Origin: Vulcanimicrobiota bacterium
Lineage (GTDB): Bacteria; Vulcanimicrobiota; Xenobia; Xenobiales; JADMJV01
DNA: 64,000 bases
Assembly (NCBI GenBank): GCA_050250895.1
Contig: JBFWNU010000001.1
Coordinates: 455,998-519,997, forward strand
Reading direction: 5' to 3'
The stretch's first letter is position 1; every line of letters starts with the position of its first letter. This document shows, piece after piece, positions 46,965 through 56,470 of this stretch. A program made the translations under genes and the position numbers. The notes beneath the pieces were generated by a model that was not told the DNA's origin, did no database searches, and saw nothing but the letters and a program-made list of their open reading frames with translations.

Positions 46965-48440
46965 ATGCAACAGGAGCAGAAAACCAGCAGGGGCAAATGG
47001 CCAAGCCTTGACTTACGCTCCCTTGCCCTCTTTCGGATTCTGTTGGGAATCCTTCTCTTGGCGGATTTGCTCTATCGGTGTGCCGATTTCTCAGTTTTTT
47101 ATGCAGACGGTGGAATTCTTCCGCCTGGTCTAGATGCACTCCACTCAAAGTCCTTCATCCACGGCCTATCAAACTCGACGATTTGGCAGGTCCTCGTCGT
47201 TGCAATGCAGGGTATCGCCATCATTTGCGTGGTTGTCGGGTACCATACCAAAGTAGCGCTGGCTGCGTGTTGGGCACTTCTCGCTTCCCTCAATCATCGC
47301 AACCCTTGGATTCTTCAGATCGCCGATCGAGTCTATATTTATTGGATCGTCTACGCCCTACTCTTACCGACCCATTTGCGTTTTTCACTCGATCGTCGTC
47401 GCTTGGACAAGGCATCTCAGGATGCCACACAGACGGGCTCGATTGTTAGCCTGCTTCTGCTATTGCAAGTGGTTGGAATCTACGAGATCGCAGCCTCGTA
47501 CAAAGCGTTCACCGAAACCTGGCGAACAGGCTCGATCCTCATCGAGGCGATGCGCACTGATGCGGTGGCGACTGACTTGGGAAGGAGCCTGCTCGCGTTC
47601 CCTGGCCTGCTGAAATTTGCGGGTCAAGCCACCCTGGTTTTCGAGTTTGTCGGTCCCATCCTGCTCTTGTGCACCTGGAAACGCGGCATGCCTCGCACCA
47701 TACTATGTTTTGCGTTTGTCTCGTTCCATCTCTTTGGCATAGGACTGATGATGAAACTGGGCCTGGTGGGGGGGGCGCTCGCAGTCGTTTGGTTCGCGCT
47801 TTTACCTGGGTGGTTTTGGGATGTGCTGCTGCCAAAGTGTGGCATCCATCGCTTCCAGTCCGACAGACCCAAATCTGTGCCAAACCAGTCCTGGTCTCGG
47901 GTTACAAGCGTGGTTGTTTGCACCATCTGGGTCATCAGCTGGTCAACGACACTTGCCCGCGCCACCCCCCGATTTCAAGTCCCCCATGTCCTACAGTACC
48001 TCCTGAGCGCAACGGGATTGGCTCAAGATAAATTTAGCCTGTGGACCGATCCAGGTGGCTCCAGACGTTTCGTCTTCGCAGCAACTCTTGCCAACGGTAG
48101 ACAGATTGACCTGCACACCGGGCGAGACTTGGACTGGACGTCTCCGCGGCAATGCCCCAAGAACAACCACTGGTACAAGTGTTTCCAGAAACTGCGCCGC
48201 GACGAGCGTGTTGCAGAGAACGTGGCCAGATACTTTATCAACGAATGGAATGAAGGAAAATCTGAAGATGAGCGCGTCGTCAAGATGGAAATCGTCATCC
48301 TGCTCGAGAGAAAGCAACCTGCTTCCTTTTGGCTCAATGCAGAAGACCCCAAAACCATCGAGGTTCCCTCAGTCAAATTGAAAGCTGGGCGATTTGACGT
48401 ATTCTATTCGAACGATGGCACCAGACTCATCAGGGAATAG
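46965..48440 (+). CDS. HTTM-domain membrane protein (VKGC/SdpB-like)
   Basis: DLRSLALFRILLG, SLNHRNPWI...AD, SLD, Y..A..K....W..G, FH. Confidence 0.8.
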   Translation: MQQEQKTSRGKWPSLDLRSLALFRILLGILLLADLLYRCADFSVFYADGGILPPGLDALHSKSFIHGLSNSTIWQVLVVAMQGIAIICVVVGYHTKVALAACWALLASLNHRNPWILQIADRVYIYWIVYALLLPTHLRFSLDRRRLDKASQDATQTGSIVSLLLLLQVVGIYEIAASYKAFTETWRTGSILIEAMRTDAVATDLGRSLLAFPGLLKFAGQATLVFEFVGPILLLCTWKRGMPRTILCFAFVSFHLFGIGLMMKLGLVGGALAVVWFALLPGWFWDVLLPKCGIHRFQSDRPKSVPNQSWSRVTSVVVCTIWVISWSTTLARATPRFQVPHVLQYLLSATGLAQDKFSLWTDPGGSRRFVFAATLANGRQIDLHTGRDLDWTSPRQCPKNNHWYKCFQKLRRDERVAENVARYFINEWNEGKSEDERVVKMEIVILLERKQPASFWLNAEDPKTIEVPSVKLKAGRFDVFYSNDGTRLIRE

Positions 48441-48689
48441 GGCGAACCTACTCGGGAGGTATAAAGATGCAAGGCCCCTTTTGCACGGTCGGCCGCTGGG
48501 TGAAAGAATTCGGGCCATCGTGCGTGGCGCACCGAGCAAAGCCGAAGGCTCTGCGAGAGTTTCTCGAGTTCGGCCAGGCCATCAGACCCTTGGAGTCAGA
48601 CCTGGAGGCCCGACTCCAGTTGGCAGCCGCAGACCTGGAAGGCACTATTCCGTGAGCAGTTGCTTGAGCTCTGACCGGATGCCGGGGTC

Positions 48690-48800
48690 GGGATGATGCG
48701 ATAAGCAGAGCGGCCAGACTTCCGCTTTCGCGCGGGCCAACATCCAACCCACCACAAAGCGGCTGTAGATGTCGAGAAGCACGTAGAATGTAGAAGAAGC
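48690..48800 (-). mobile_element. Degenerate IS3-family transposase (rve core) fragment
   Basis: Minus strand reads FYVLLDIYSRFVVGWML, then frameshifts to RESGSLAALLI. Confidence 0.6.
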
Positions 48801-48849
48801 CGCCCGACTTTAGCGTGACTTCTTCCGAGGGGGTTGTTAAGATCTGACG

Positions 48850-49041
48850 GTGACGAAGCAGGACTTGATCAAAGAACTGCTGGAGCTTCCCGATGGGGCT
48901 CCTCTGGACCGAATTGCAGCCGAACTCGAGCGGGCGCGCTTTGCGGTTTCAGTCTCACGGGGGCTTGAGCAAGCAGACGCTGGGCGAGTGAGCCCACACG
49001 ATGAATTCGTCGCCCGGTTCAAGAAGAGATTTGAATACTGA
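48850..49041 (+). CDS. Small putative antitoxin
   Basis: KQDLIKELLELPD...RGLEQADAGRV..HDE; directly upstream of a ParE-like frame. Confidence 0.75.
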   Translation: MTKQDLIKELLELPDGAPLDRIAAELERARFAVSVSRGLEQADAGRVSPHDEFVARFKKRFEY

Positions 49042-49349
49042 GACTCGTTTGGACCGAGGAGGCCGAGGATAACCTCAACCAGATCTGCGACTACATCTCC
49101 CAGCGCGATCCGGCAGCTTCTGAGCGCTTCTTCTTAAGGCTTGTCGAATTCGTCGAGGTCCTCATCGAGCATCCCGAGATTGGGAGGATGGTCCCCGACT
49201 ACGAGATTCCAGAGCTTCGTCAACGAATCTTCGCGGGAAGCTATCGAGTCATCCACCGGAGCTTGACGGCTTCGGACGAACTTCGTTCGCGAAACCAGGG
49301 GAGCCTACTGACCCCCCAACTAACCCCAGCCTCATGTTCCCGAAGATAA
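49038..49349 (+). pseudogene. ParE/RelE-family toxin with non-canonical start and probably replaced C-terminus
   Basis: LRLVWTEEAEDNLNQICDYISQRDP...HPEIGRMVPD....LRQRI...YRVIHR; only CTG/ATA start available; not in the ORF track. Confidence 0.7.
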
Positions 49350-49365
49350 TGAGTCGCTGAAAAGT

Positions 49366-49393
49366 GAAAAACCCCACAAAACTGCGGGGTTTC
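49366..49393 (-). terminator. Intrinsic terminator of the tRNA operon
   Basis: Minus strand: aaaccccgca-gttt-tgtggggttt plus T tail. Confidence 0.75.
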
Positions 49394-49395
49394 TC

Positions 49396-49471
49396 TGGTG
49401 CCGAGGGACGGAATCGAACCGCCGACACTGCGATTTTCAGTCGCATGCTCTACCGACTGAGCTACCTCGGC
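49396..49471 (-). tRNA. tRNA-Phe(GAA)
   Basis: GCCGAGG acceptor stem, CT-GAA-AA loop, GGTTCGATTCC, CCA end. Confidence 0.97.
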
Positions 49472-49529
49472 TCGAACGAACCCCTTTTGACAGGGAAAAC
49501 CCGGGTGTTATCCCGGGCCTCGTTCGTTT

Positions 49530-49606
49530 TGGCGGGAGCGACGGGATTCGAACCCGCGATCTCCGGCGTGACAGGCCGGCGCCCTAAGCCGCTAGGCCAC
49601 GCCCCC
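49530..49606 (-). tRNA. tRNA-Asp(GTC)
   Basis: CCGGC-CTGTCAC-GCCGG anticodon arm, GGTTCGAATCC, CCA end. Confidence 0.97.
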
Positions 49607-49625
49607 GTGTATGTCACTAATTTCC

Positions 49626-49701
49626 TGGTGGGCGGAAGAGGACTCGAACCTCCAACCCCTTGCATGTGACGCAAGTGCTCTGCCAATTGAGCTATCCGCC
49701 C
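49626..49701 (-). tRNA. tRNA-Val(CAC)
   Basis: CTTGC-GTCACAT-GCAAG anticodon arm, GGTTCGAGTCC, CCA end. Confidence 0.95.
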
Positions 49702-49713
49702 GTAGGCTTCCCT

Positions 49714-49741
49714 ATTATAGCAAAGGGTTCCGCTCTGTCAA
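49714..49741 (-). promoter_or_regulatory. Consensus sigma70 promoter of the tRNA operon
   Basis: TTGACA-16 bp-TATAAT with TGn extension. Confidence 0.9.
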
Positions 49742-50391
49742 GCCTCAGCCGGGATGTCGCTCAAAGCCCGTTGTAGCGCCTCGCGAGCGTGCTCGACGTG
49801 GCGCAGAGCGGCCTCGAGTTCGGCGCGTTTTCCGGTCTCGAGATGCGAGTTGATGGCCTCGAGCGACTCGGCCAGGGCGTCGAGGGCGATGCCCGCCGAG
49901 AGGCTATCGGCCTCGGGCGATAGATTGAACATCGAGGGGTCTTCGGCCTTGAGCATGGCCTGCTCGAGACGAGCGAAGCCCTCTTCCATCTGAGCCTCGG
50001 CCATCGCCAGCAAGTCTTGCGATTGCTCGAGCGACTCGAAGCTGGTCGCCGAGAGAAAGAACTTGCGCAAAGTGGCCAGGCTCTCGTCGATATGCTCGCG
50101 GCTGGTCTCGAAGTCTTCGACCAGTCCCTGGGCCTGGGCGGCCGCCTCGGGATCTTCCTCGAAGTTCTCGGCGGCTGTCTCGCCGGCAGCCGAAAGCTCG
50201 TCGAGGCCGTCATGAATGTGGTCATAGGCGTAATCGAGGACCTCGCGCACGGCCCCCTGGATGTGGGCGAACAGGCTATCCAGACGCTCGCGGGTGAGGG
50301 GAATCTCGCGCCGCACCATCCGCTCGGACACGTTCCGCAGCAGGTCGAGGGGAATCTGTAGGCGTGACTCTTCAGCTTGCTCGGTCATCAC
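49738..50391 (-). CDS. Acidic all-helical hypothetical protein
   Basis: Very E/D/A/L-rich; overlaps the upstream gene's stop. Confidence 0.75.
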   Translation of the reverse strand: MMTEQAEESRLQIPLDLLRNVSERMVRREIPLTRERLDSLFAHIQGAVREVLDYAYDHIHDGLDELSAAGETAAENFEEDPEAAAQAQGLVEDFETSREHIDESLATLRKFFLSATSFESLEQSQDLLAMAEAQMEEGFARLEQAMLKAEDPSMFNLSPEADSLSAGIALDALAESLEAINSHLETGKRAELEAALRHVEHAREALQRALSDIPAEA

Positions 50392-52793
50392 GCGATGGCG
50401 TCCAAACCGCCCAGCTCGGGCCCGTCGAGTTCGCCTCCGAGGTCGACCTCACCACCCAGGTCCTGGCCCATCGGCGAGTCCTGACCCAGCTGGTCGAGGC
50501 CACCCTGAGCTAGCAGATCCTGGTTGGGCAAGCCGCCCTCGCGGCCGGCTTCGCCCGCACCGTCGCCACCAGCCAGGCCCGCCAGGCCCAGCCCACCAGC
50601 GGCCCCACCGCCAGCGGTGCGGATGCGACCGGCCGGTTGGCGGTCCGAGCCTTTGAGGGCGTTGCGGGCCATCGACTCGGTGTCGCCACCGATCTCGACG
50701 CCGTCCTGAGCGATCTTGTTGTAGAGGTCGACCAGCTGGCCTTGAGCGGCCTGCAGCTGGGCTTTCTGAGAGCCAGTCGGTTTGCGCTCGGTGGCACCTT
50801 CGCCACCCTTGAGTTCCATCACCTGACCGGCCAACTCGCGCAACTGAGCCTCGTAGGCGGTGCGGGTCTCGCTGGCCTGACCGGTGCGCTGAGCGCCCCG
50901 GGCGCGGTTGGCGCCGCGTGCGCCGCGGCTGCGATTGCGGCCCGACTTGTTGTTGCGACCTTTCTCTTTGGCCTTCTTCTCTTTATCGGCCAGCTTGTCG
51001 TCTTTCTTGTCCTTGGCCTCGTCCTTCTTGGACTTCTCGTCAGCCTTCTTCTCTTTGTCGCCCTTCTCGGCTTTGTCAGCCTTGTCGGGTTTGCCGGTCT
51101 TTTCGGTCTTGTCCGCCTGGCCCGGCTTATCGGCCTCGGGCTTGCGCGTCTCGCCTTCGGCTTTGGGCTCGGTCTTAGGTCCGTCGGCTTTGGCGCCCTC
51201 GCCAGCGGTCCCGGTCGCTTTGGCTACCGGCTCGGCCGGGCCGGCCGCCCTGGGCCCGTCCACCGGAGCGGGTGCCTCGACCTTGGCCTCGGCCGCTGGT
51301 GCGGCAGCAACCGGTGCAGGCGCTGCCGCCACGACCGGAGCCGGCACGTCGGCCACGGGAGCCACATCGACCGGGCCGGCGACATCGCCGCCTCCACCGA
51401 TGTCGCCACCTCCACCAAAATCACCACCGCCGATATCTCCTCTCCCACCGAGACTGAAGCCACCGCCACCACCAAAGGACGGGCCGCCTCCGCCTCCGCC
51501 AAAAGACGGTCCACCGCCGCCTCCACCAAAGCTGGGCCCGCTTGAGATCGGCATGGCCGGCACGAAACTGGGAGCAGCCGAAGGGGTGGGTAGGGTCGGC
51601 GCGGGAGCGGCCGGCGCCAGCGCTTGAGCCGCCATGCCGGCGCCCATCGCGGCCGCGCCACCGAGCAGCATGCCTTTGGCCAGGTCGCCCATCTGGCCGA
51701 TGCCCTGCATCGCCTGCAGTCCGGCCATCTGATTCTGCTGTCCGCCCTGGCTGCCCACGTTGGCGGTGCGGCCCAGTTGAGCCATCCGGGCGGCGATCTC
51801 TTGTTGGTTCGAGACGTTGACGCCGAGGGCTTCCGAGACCTTCGAGCGAGCTTCCTGAATCTGCTTGAGACGATTGATGCCCTGGTCGAGCTTGGTCTTG
51901 GTGGCCAGCTTCTTGGCCTGTTGAGCCAGCTTCTGGGCCTTCATCTTCTCGGACAGGCCCTTCATCTTCTGGGCCGTCATGTCCATTTTCTTGGCCATCT
52001 GGTCCATCATCTTAGCCACCTGTTTGAGGCCTTTGGCGATGGCCTTGAGCATGGCCGCCACCGCCTTGAGAGCGGCCGAAAGCGCGGGACCGACGAAGGG
52101 AATGGCGGCCACCGCGCTGGCGGCGGCTTGAACCGCCTGGGCGGCCGACTCGATGGCGGTGGCGGCCGCGTTGAGAGCCTTGCCCACGCCCTTGAGAGTC
52201 TTGGAGATGCCCTTGAAGACCTTCTCCTTGACGTTATAGAACTTCTCCTTCTGGCCGAAGGTCTTCTCCATCTTGGCGTACTTTTGGAACGTCTTGCTCA
52301 GGCCCTGATTGGTCTGGGTCTGGGACTTCTGGTCCTGGCCGATGCGAGAGAGGGCCTGACTCAGTTGAGAACGCTGGCTCTGCTGGGTGCCGAGCATGCC
52401 CTGCAACTGGTCTACGCTCTTGATGCCGTCGACGCCCGAAATGCGCGAGACGTTGAAAGAAGGGGGTGAATAGCTGCCCGTGTTGCCCCCGGCTACGGCG
52501 TTGGCCATTTGACCGCGCAGGTCGCCCCCGAGCCCCAGACCGCCACTGGCGGATTTGCGGGCGCCACCGCTGTTTTTATAGGTCTCGCCAGCGCCCTTCT
52601 GAGAGGCTACGCCCTGCTTGGTGCCCGAAACCGACTGGCTCTTGCCCTGCCGAATCGAGTCGAAGTGCTCTTGCTTGATCTTCTTGCGGGCTTTGCGCTT
52701 CTTGCGAGCTTTGCGAAGCTTGGCATCCGCCTTGTCAAACTCGGTCCCTATCTTATCAGGGAGTTTGAGATCTGCTGACGGGATTGCATCCAT
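50388..52793 (-). CDS. 801-aa coiled-coil protein with hydrophobic hairpin and low-complexity tracts (translocator/pore-former-like)
   Basis: K/Q-rich coils flanking AAASAVAAIPFVGPALSAALKAVAAML; G-rich, PA-rich and KD-rich tracts. Confidence 0.7.
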   Translation of the reverse strand: MDAIPSADLKLPDKIGTEFDKADAKLRKARKKRKARKKIKQEHFDSIRQGKSQSVSGTKQGVASQKGAGETYKNSGGARKSASGGLGLGGDLRGQMANAVAGGNTGSYSPPSFNVSRISGVDGIKSVDQLQGMLGTQQSQRSQLSQALSRIGQDQKSQTQTNQGLSKTFQKYAKMEKTFGQKEKFYNVKEKVFKGISKTLKGVGKALNAAATAIESAAQAVQAAASAVAAIPFVGPALSAALKAVAAMLKAIAKGLKQVAKMMDQMAKKMDMTAQKMKGLSEKMKAQKLAQQAKKLATKTKLDQGINRLKQIQEARSKVSEALGVNVSNQQEIAARMAQLGRTANVGSQGGQQNQMAGLQAMQGIGQMGDLAKGMLLGGAAAMGAGMAAQALAPAAPAPTLPTPSAAPSFVPAMPISSGPSFGGGGGGPSFGGGGGGPSFGGGGGFSLGGRGDIGGGDFGGGGDIGGGGDVAGPVDVAPVADVPAPVVAAAPAPVAAAPAAEAKVEAPAPVDGPRAAGPAEPVAKATGTAGEGAKADGPKTEPKAEGETRKPEADKPGQADKTEKTGKPDKADKAEKGDKEKKADEKSKKDEAKDKKDDKLADKEKKAKEKGRNNKSGRNRSRGARGANRARGAQRTGQASETRTAYEAQLRELAGQVMELKGGEGATERKPTGSQKAQLQAAQGQLVDLYNKIAQDGVEIGGDTESMARNALKGSDRQPAGRIRTAGGGAAGGLGLAGLAGGDGAGEAGREGGLPNQDLLAQGGLDQLGQDSPMGQDLGGEVDLGGELDGPELGGLDAIA

Positions 52794-52938
52794 AGCTAAC
52801 CACCTCGCTGGTACGATTCTCGGTCCAGAGACCCTTCTGCAAGGAGAATTATACCGCGAATTCTGACACAGTTAAGATTGCAGACAAATTGTTAACATAT
52901 GCAACTTCTTAGCAACTTGACACCGGCAAAGCAGGTGT

Positions 52939-53498
<560 letters not shown>

Positions 53499-53502
<4 letters not shown>

Positions 53503-54941
53503 CGCAGCAAATCTCCTTCGGCCAACTCGACGGCCTGGCGCAGGGCGGCCAGTTTGGCCAACGTCTCGCGGTATTCGGCGGCCGGGTCAGAGTCGGCCAC
53601 GATGCCAGCGCCGGCCTGAAGATAGACATAACCGTCTTTCATGACCAGGGTGCGGATGGTGATGCAGGTGTCGACTGCGCCCCAATAGCTGAAATATCCA
53701 ACCGCGCCGGCGTAGGGACCCCGCCGGGTGGGCTCGAGCTCGTCGATAAGTTGCATGGCTCGAATCTTGGGTGCTCCGCTGACCGTGCCCGCCGGAAAAC
53801 AAGCTCGGGCCAGGTCGATGCCGGTGAGTCCCTCGCGCAAGCGGCCGTAGACCTTCGAGACCAGGTGCATCACATGAGAATAGCGTTCGACCTCCATGAA
53901 GTGAGGCACCTCGACGGTACCGTAGCGACAAACCCGCCCCAGATCGTTGCGGCCAAGATCCACCAGCATGACGTGCTCGGCGCGCTCTTTCGGGTCAGCC
54001 AGCAGATCCTGGGCCAGGGCCGCGTCTTCTTGCTCACTTTTACCCCGCGGCCGGGTGCCGGCGATGGGACGGGTCTCGGCCAGGTCCCCCTCGAGCTTGA
54101 CCAGCATCTCGGGAGACGAGCCCACCAGTTGGAACTCTCCCAGGTCGAGCAAGAACATATAGGGAGAGGGATTGAGGATGCGCAGGGCCCGATAGATCGA
54201 GACCGCGTCGGTCCAGGTGGCCCGGCGGTAGCGCTGGCTGAGCACCAACTGGAAGATATCGCCGGCGCGAATGTATTCTTTGGCTTGTTCCACGGCCTGC
54301 ATATAGTCGGCTTCGGTGCGGTTAAAAGCCTCCTCGGGCTGATAGCCGTTGCTCGGGCCGCCCGGAGGCTGATAGTCGAGGGCTCGTTGCAGGCGCCGGA
54401 CCAACCCTTCGAGTTCCGCGCAGCCCCGGGCGTAATCGGCCTCGGCATCCGTGCTCGTCTCGATGGCCACCACCACGAACATCTTCTGCAGCACGTGGTC
54501 AAAAGCCACCGAATGGCGGCACTGTACGAACAGGGCCTCGGGGAGACCGACGTCATCGGGAGGTGCCTGGCCGATCGTTTCGACCTTTCGCACGGCGTCA
54601 TAGCCAAGATACCCGACCGCACCGCCCCAAAAGCTGGGCAAGCCGGGCAGATTGACCGCCTCGAAGCGGGCGATGGCCGACCGGATCAGCTCGAAAGAAT
54701 CCTCCCCCTCTTGCCCGGCCTCGACCCGCAGCAAAGTCTCGGGCGCCGTGCCGAGAAACGAGTAGCGCCCGGTCTCTTCACCGCGCTCGACGCTCTCGAA
54801 GAGGAAGGAAGGCTTGTCAGAGCGCAGCTTGAGATAGACCGAAAGGGGCGTCTCGAGGTCGGCAGGCAGCTCGCGATAGAGCGGAATCACCCGCCCCGGC
54901 CCGGCCAGACCGCGAAAGTCTTCAAGAGTGGGCAGATTCAT
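53499..54941 (-). CDS. trpE: Anthranilate synthase component I
   Basis: FLFESVE (Trp-site-like), GDIFQ, NPSPYM, PIAGT, EH.MLVDLGRND, GAPKIRAM. Confidence 0.9.
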
Positions 54942-54944
54942 AGG

Positions 54945-55649
54945 TCAGAGACTTTGTGGTCGGGGATGCAAATCCTGGGCTAGAAAAAGGGCCAGTCCCA
55001 CGGCCACGGCGGCGGCCGTCTCGACCCGCAGGTTGCGCGGACCCAATCCCACCAGAGTGAGACCCGTTGCGCCAGCCAAAGCTTGCTCGTCGGGACTAAA
55101 ACCGCCCTCGGGACCGATATAGAGCGAGAGCTGTTTGGAAAGAATTGGCGGAGGGGGCGGGGCCCCCTCGGTCAACAGCCACCCGGGACGGCGCAGAGCC
55201 TGGCCCAGAGCCACTACCGGCTGCACCAGCATCGGCTTGACCCGGCCGGCCAGGGCGCAGGCTGAAAGGGCCAGGCGCTGCCAGCGCTCTTGCTTGGCTT
55301 GACCCGGGTCACGCACCTCGGCGCGTTCGGTGGCCAGCGGAAACAGACGCGCCACCCCGAGTTCGGCCGCCTTCTCGATGGCCCGATCGAAGCGCTCGCC
55401 CTTGGCCAAAGCCAGATACAGGTCGAGTTCGAGGTTCGCCTCGGTGGCCGGATGGCTCTGGCCGAGGGGTCGGGCCCGCTGGCGGTCGAGCAGTTCTGCC
55501 TCGATCTCGCCACCCTGCCCATCGAGGGCCAGAAAGCGGTCGCCTGGCTTGAGCCGCAGAACGCGAGTCAGATAGTGAGCATCGTCAGACCCCAGGGCGA
55601 TCTCGTCGCCAAAGCAGGCCGGGTCGAGAAACAGCCGGGGTCGCTTCAC
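54945..55649 (-). CDS. rsmE: 16S rRNA m3U1498 methyltransferase
   Basis: HYL.RVLR, KAAELGV, IGPEGGFS, LG.R.LRVETA; follows prmA. Confidence 0.93.
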   Translation of the reverse strand: MKRPRLFLDPACFGDEIALGSDDAHYLTRVLRLKPGDRFLALDGQGGEIEAELLDRQRARPLGQSHPATEANLELDLYLALAKGERFDRAIEKAAELGVARLFPLATERAEVRDPGQAKQERWQRLALSACALAGRVKPMLVQPVVALGQALRRPGWLLTEGAPPPPPILSKQLSLYIGPEGGFSPDEQALAGATGLTLVGLGPRNLRVETAAAVAVGLALFLAQDLHPRPQSL

Positions 55650-56470
55650 CGGGCCCAGACCAGGGCCACCCACTCTCCCTCGTGGTGGCGTTGCACCAGC
55701 TCGAGACCGTGACCAGAGAAGGCCTCGACCACCTCTTCGGCCCGCTCCTCGATGATGCCGCTCAAGATCAAACGACGGCCAGTGGCGGCCAGCAGCCGGT
55801 CTCGCAGGCCGATCAGGGCAGCGGCGGTGATGTTGGCGACGACCGTATCGAAGACGCCCTCAGGCGGCTCGGCCGCCTCGCGCACCGCGACGCTGACGCG
55901 GTTGATCTCGACATTCTCGCGGGCCACTTTGACGGCCACCGGGTCACGATCGAAGGCCTGCACCGAGTCGGCTCCCAACCGAGCGGCAGCGATGGCCAGA
56001 ATACCCGAGCCGGTACCACAGTCGAGCACCGTACCCAGTTCGTCTTCTTGCAGGGCCAATAGACAGAGACGAGTGGTTTCGTGATAGCCGGTGCCGAAGG
56101 CTGAGCCGGGGTCGAGAATGACCACCACGTCCTCGGGCCGGGCCTCGAACTTCTCCCACGAAGGACAGATGACCAGCCGTTCGCCCACACGCTTGGGATG
56201 ATAGAACGCTTTCCAGTTCTCGGCCCAATCCTCGTCGCGCACCTCGCCCCGTTGAGCCACCACCGCCTGATGGTCGGCGGCGATGCGATGCAACTGGTCG
56301 AGGCGTCCGGGCCAGTCGCCCTCTTGAGGTAAATAGAGGACCCACTGTAGGCGCGGGCTCTCTTGCTCGACCACCCAACCCTCAAAGGCCGCGTCGGTCA
56401 GGGCGGTTTCTAGATAGGGGGCGGCCTCTTCCTCGGCCGAGAGTTCGAGCTCGAGCCAGGGATTACCCAA
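55646..56470 (-). CDS. prmA: Ribosomal protein L11 methyltransferase
   Basis: EDWAENWK, LDPGSAFGTGYHETT, LD.GTGSGIL, VANI. Confidence 0.95.
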   Translation of the reverse strand: MGNPWLELELSAEEEAAPYLETALTDAAFEGWVVEQESPRLQWVLYLPQEGDWPGRLDQLHRIAADHQAVVAQRGEVRDEDWAENWKAFYHPKRVGERLVICPSWEKFEARPEDVVVILDPGSAFGTGYHETTRLCLLALQEDELGTVLDCGTGSGILAIAAARLGADSVQAFDRDPVAVKVARENVEINRVSVAVREAAEPPEGVFDTVVANITAAALIGLRDRLLAATGRRLILSGIIEERAEEVVEAFSGHGLELVQRHHEGEWVALVWAR

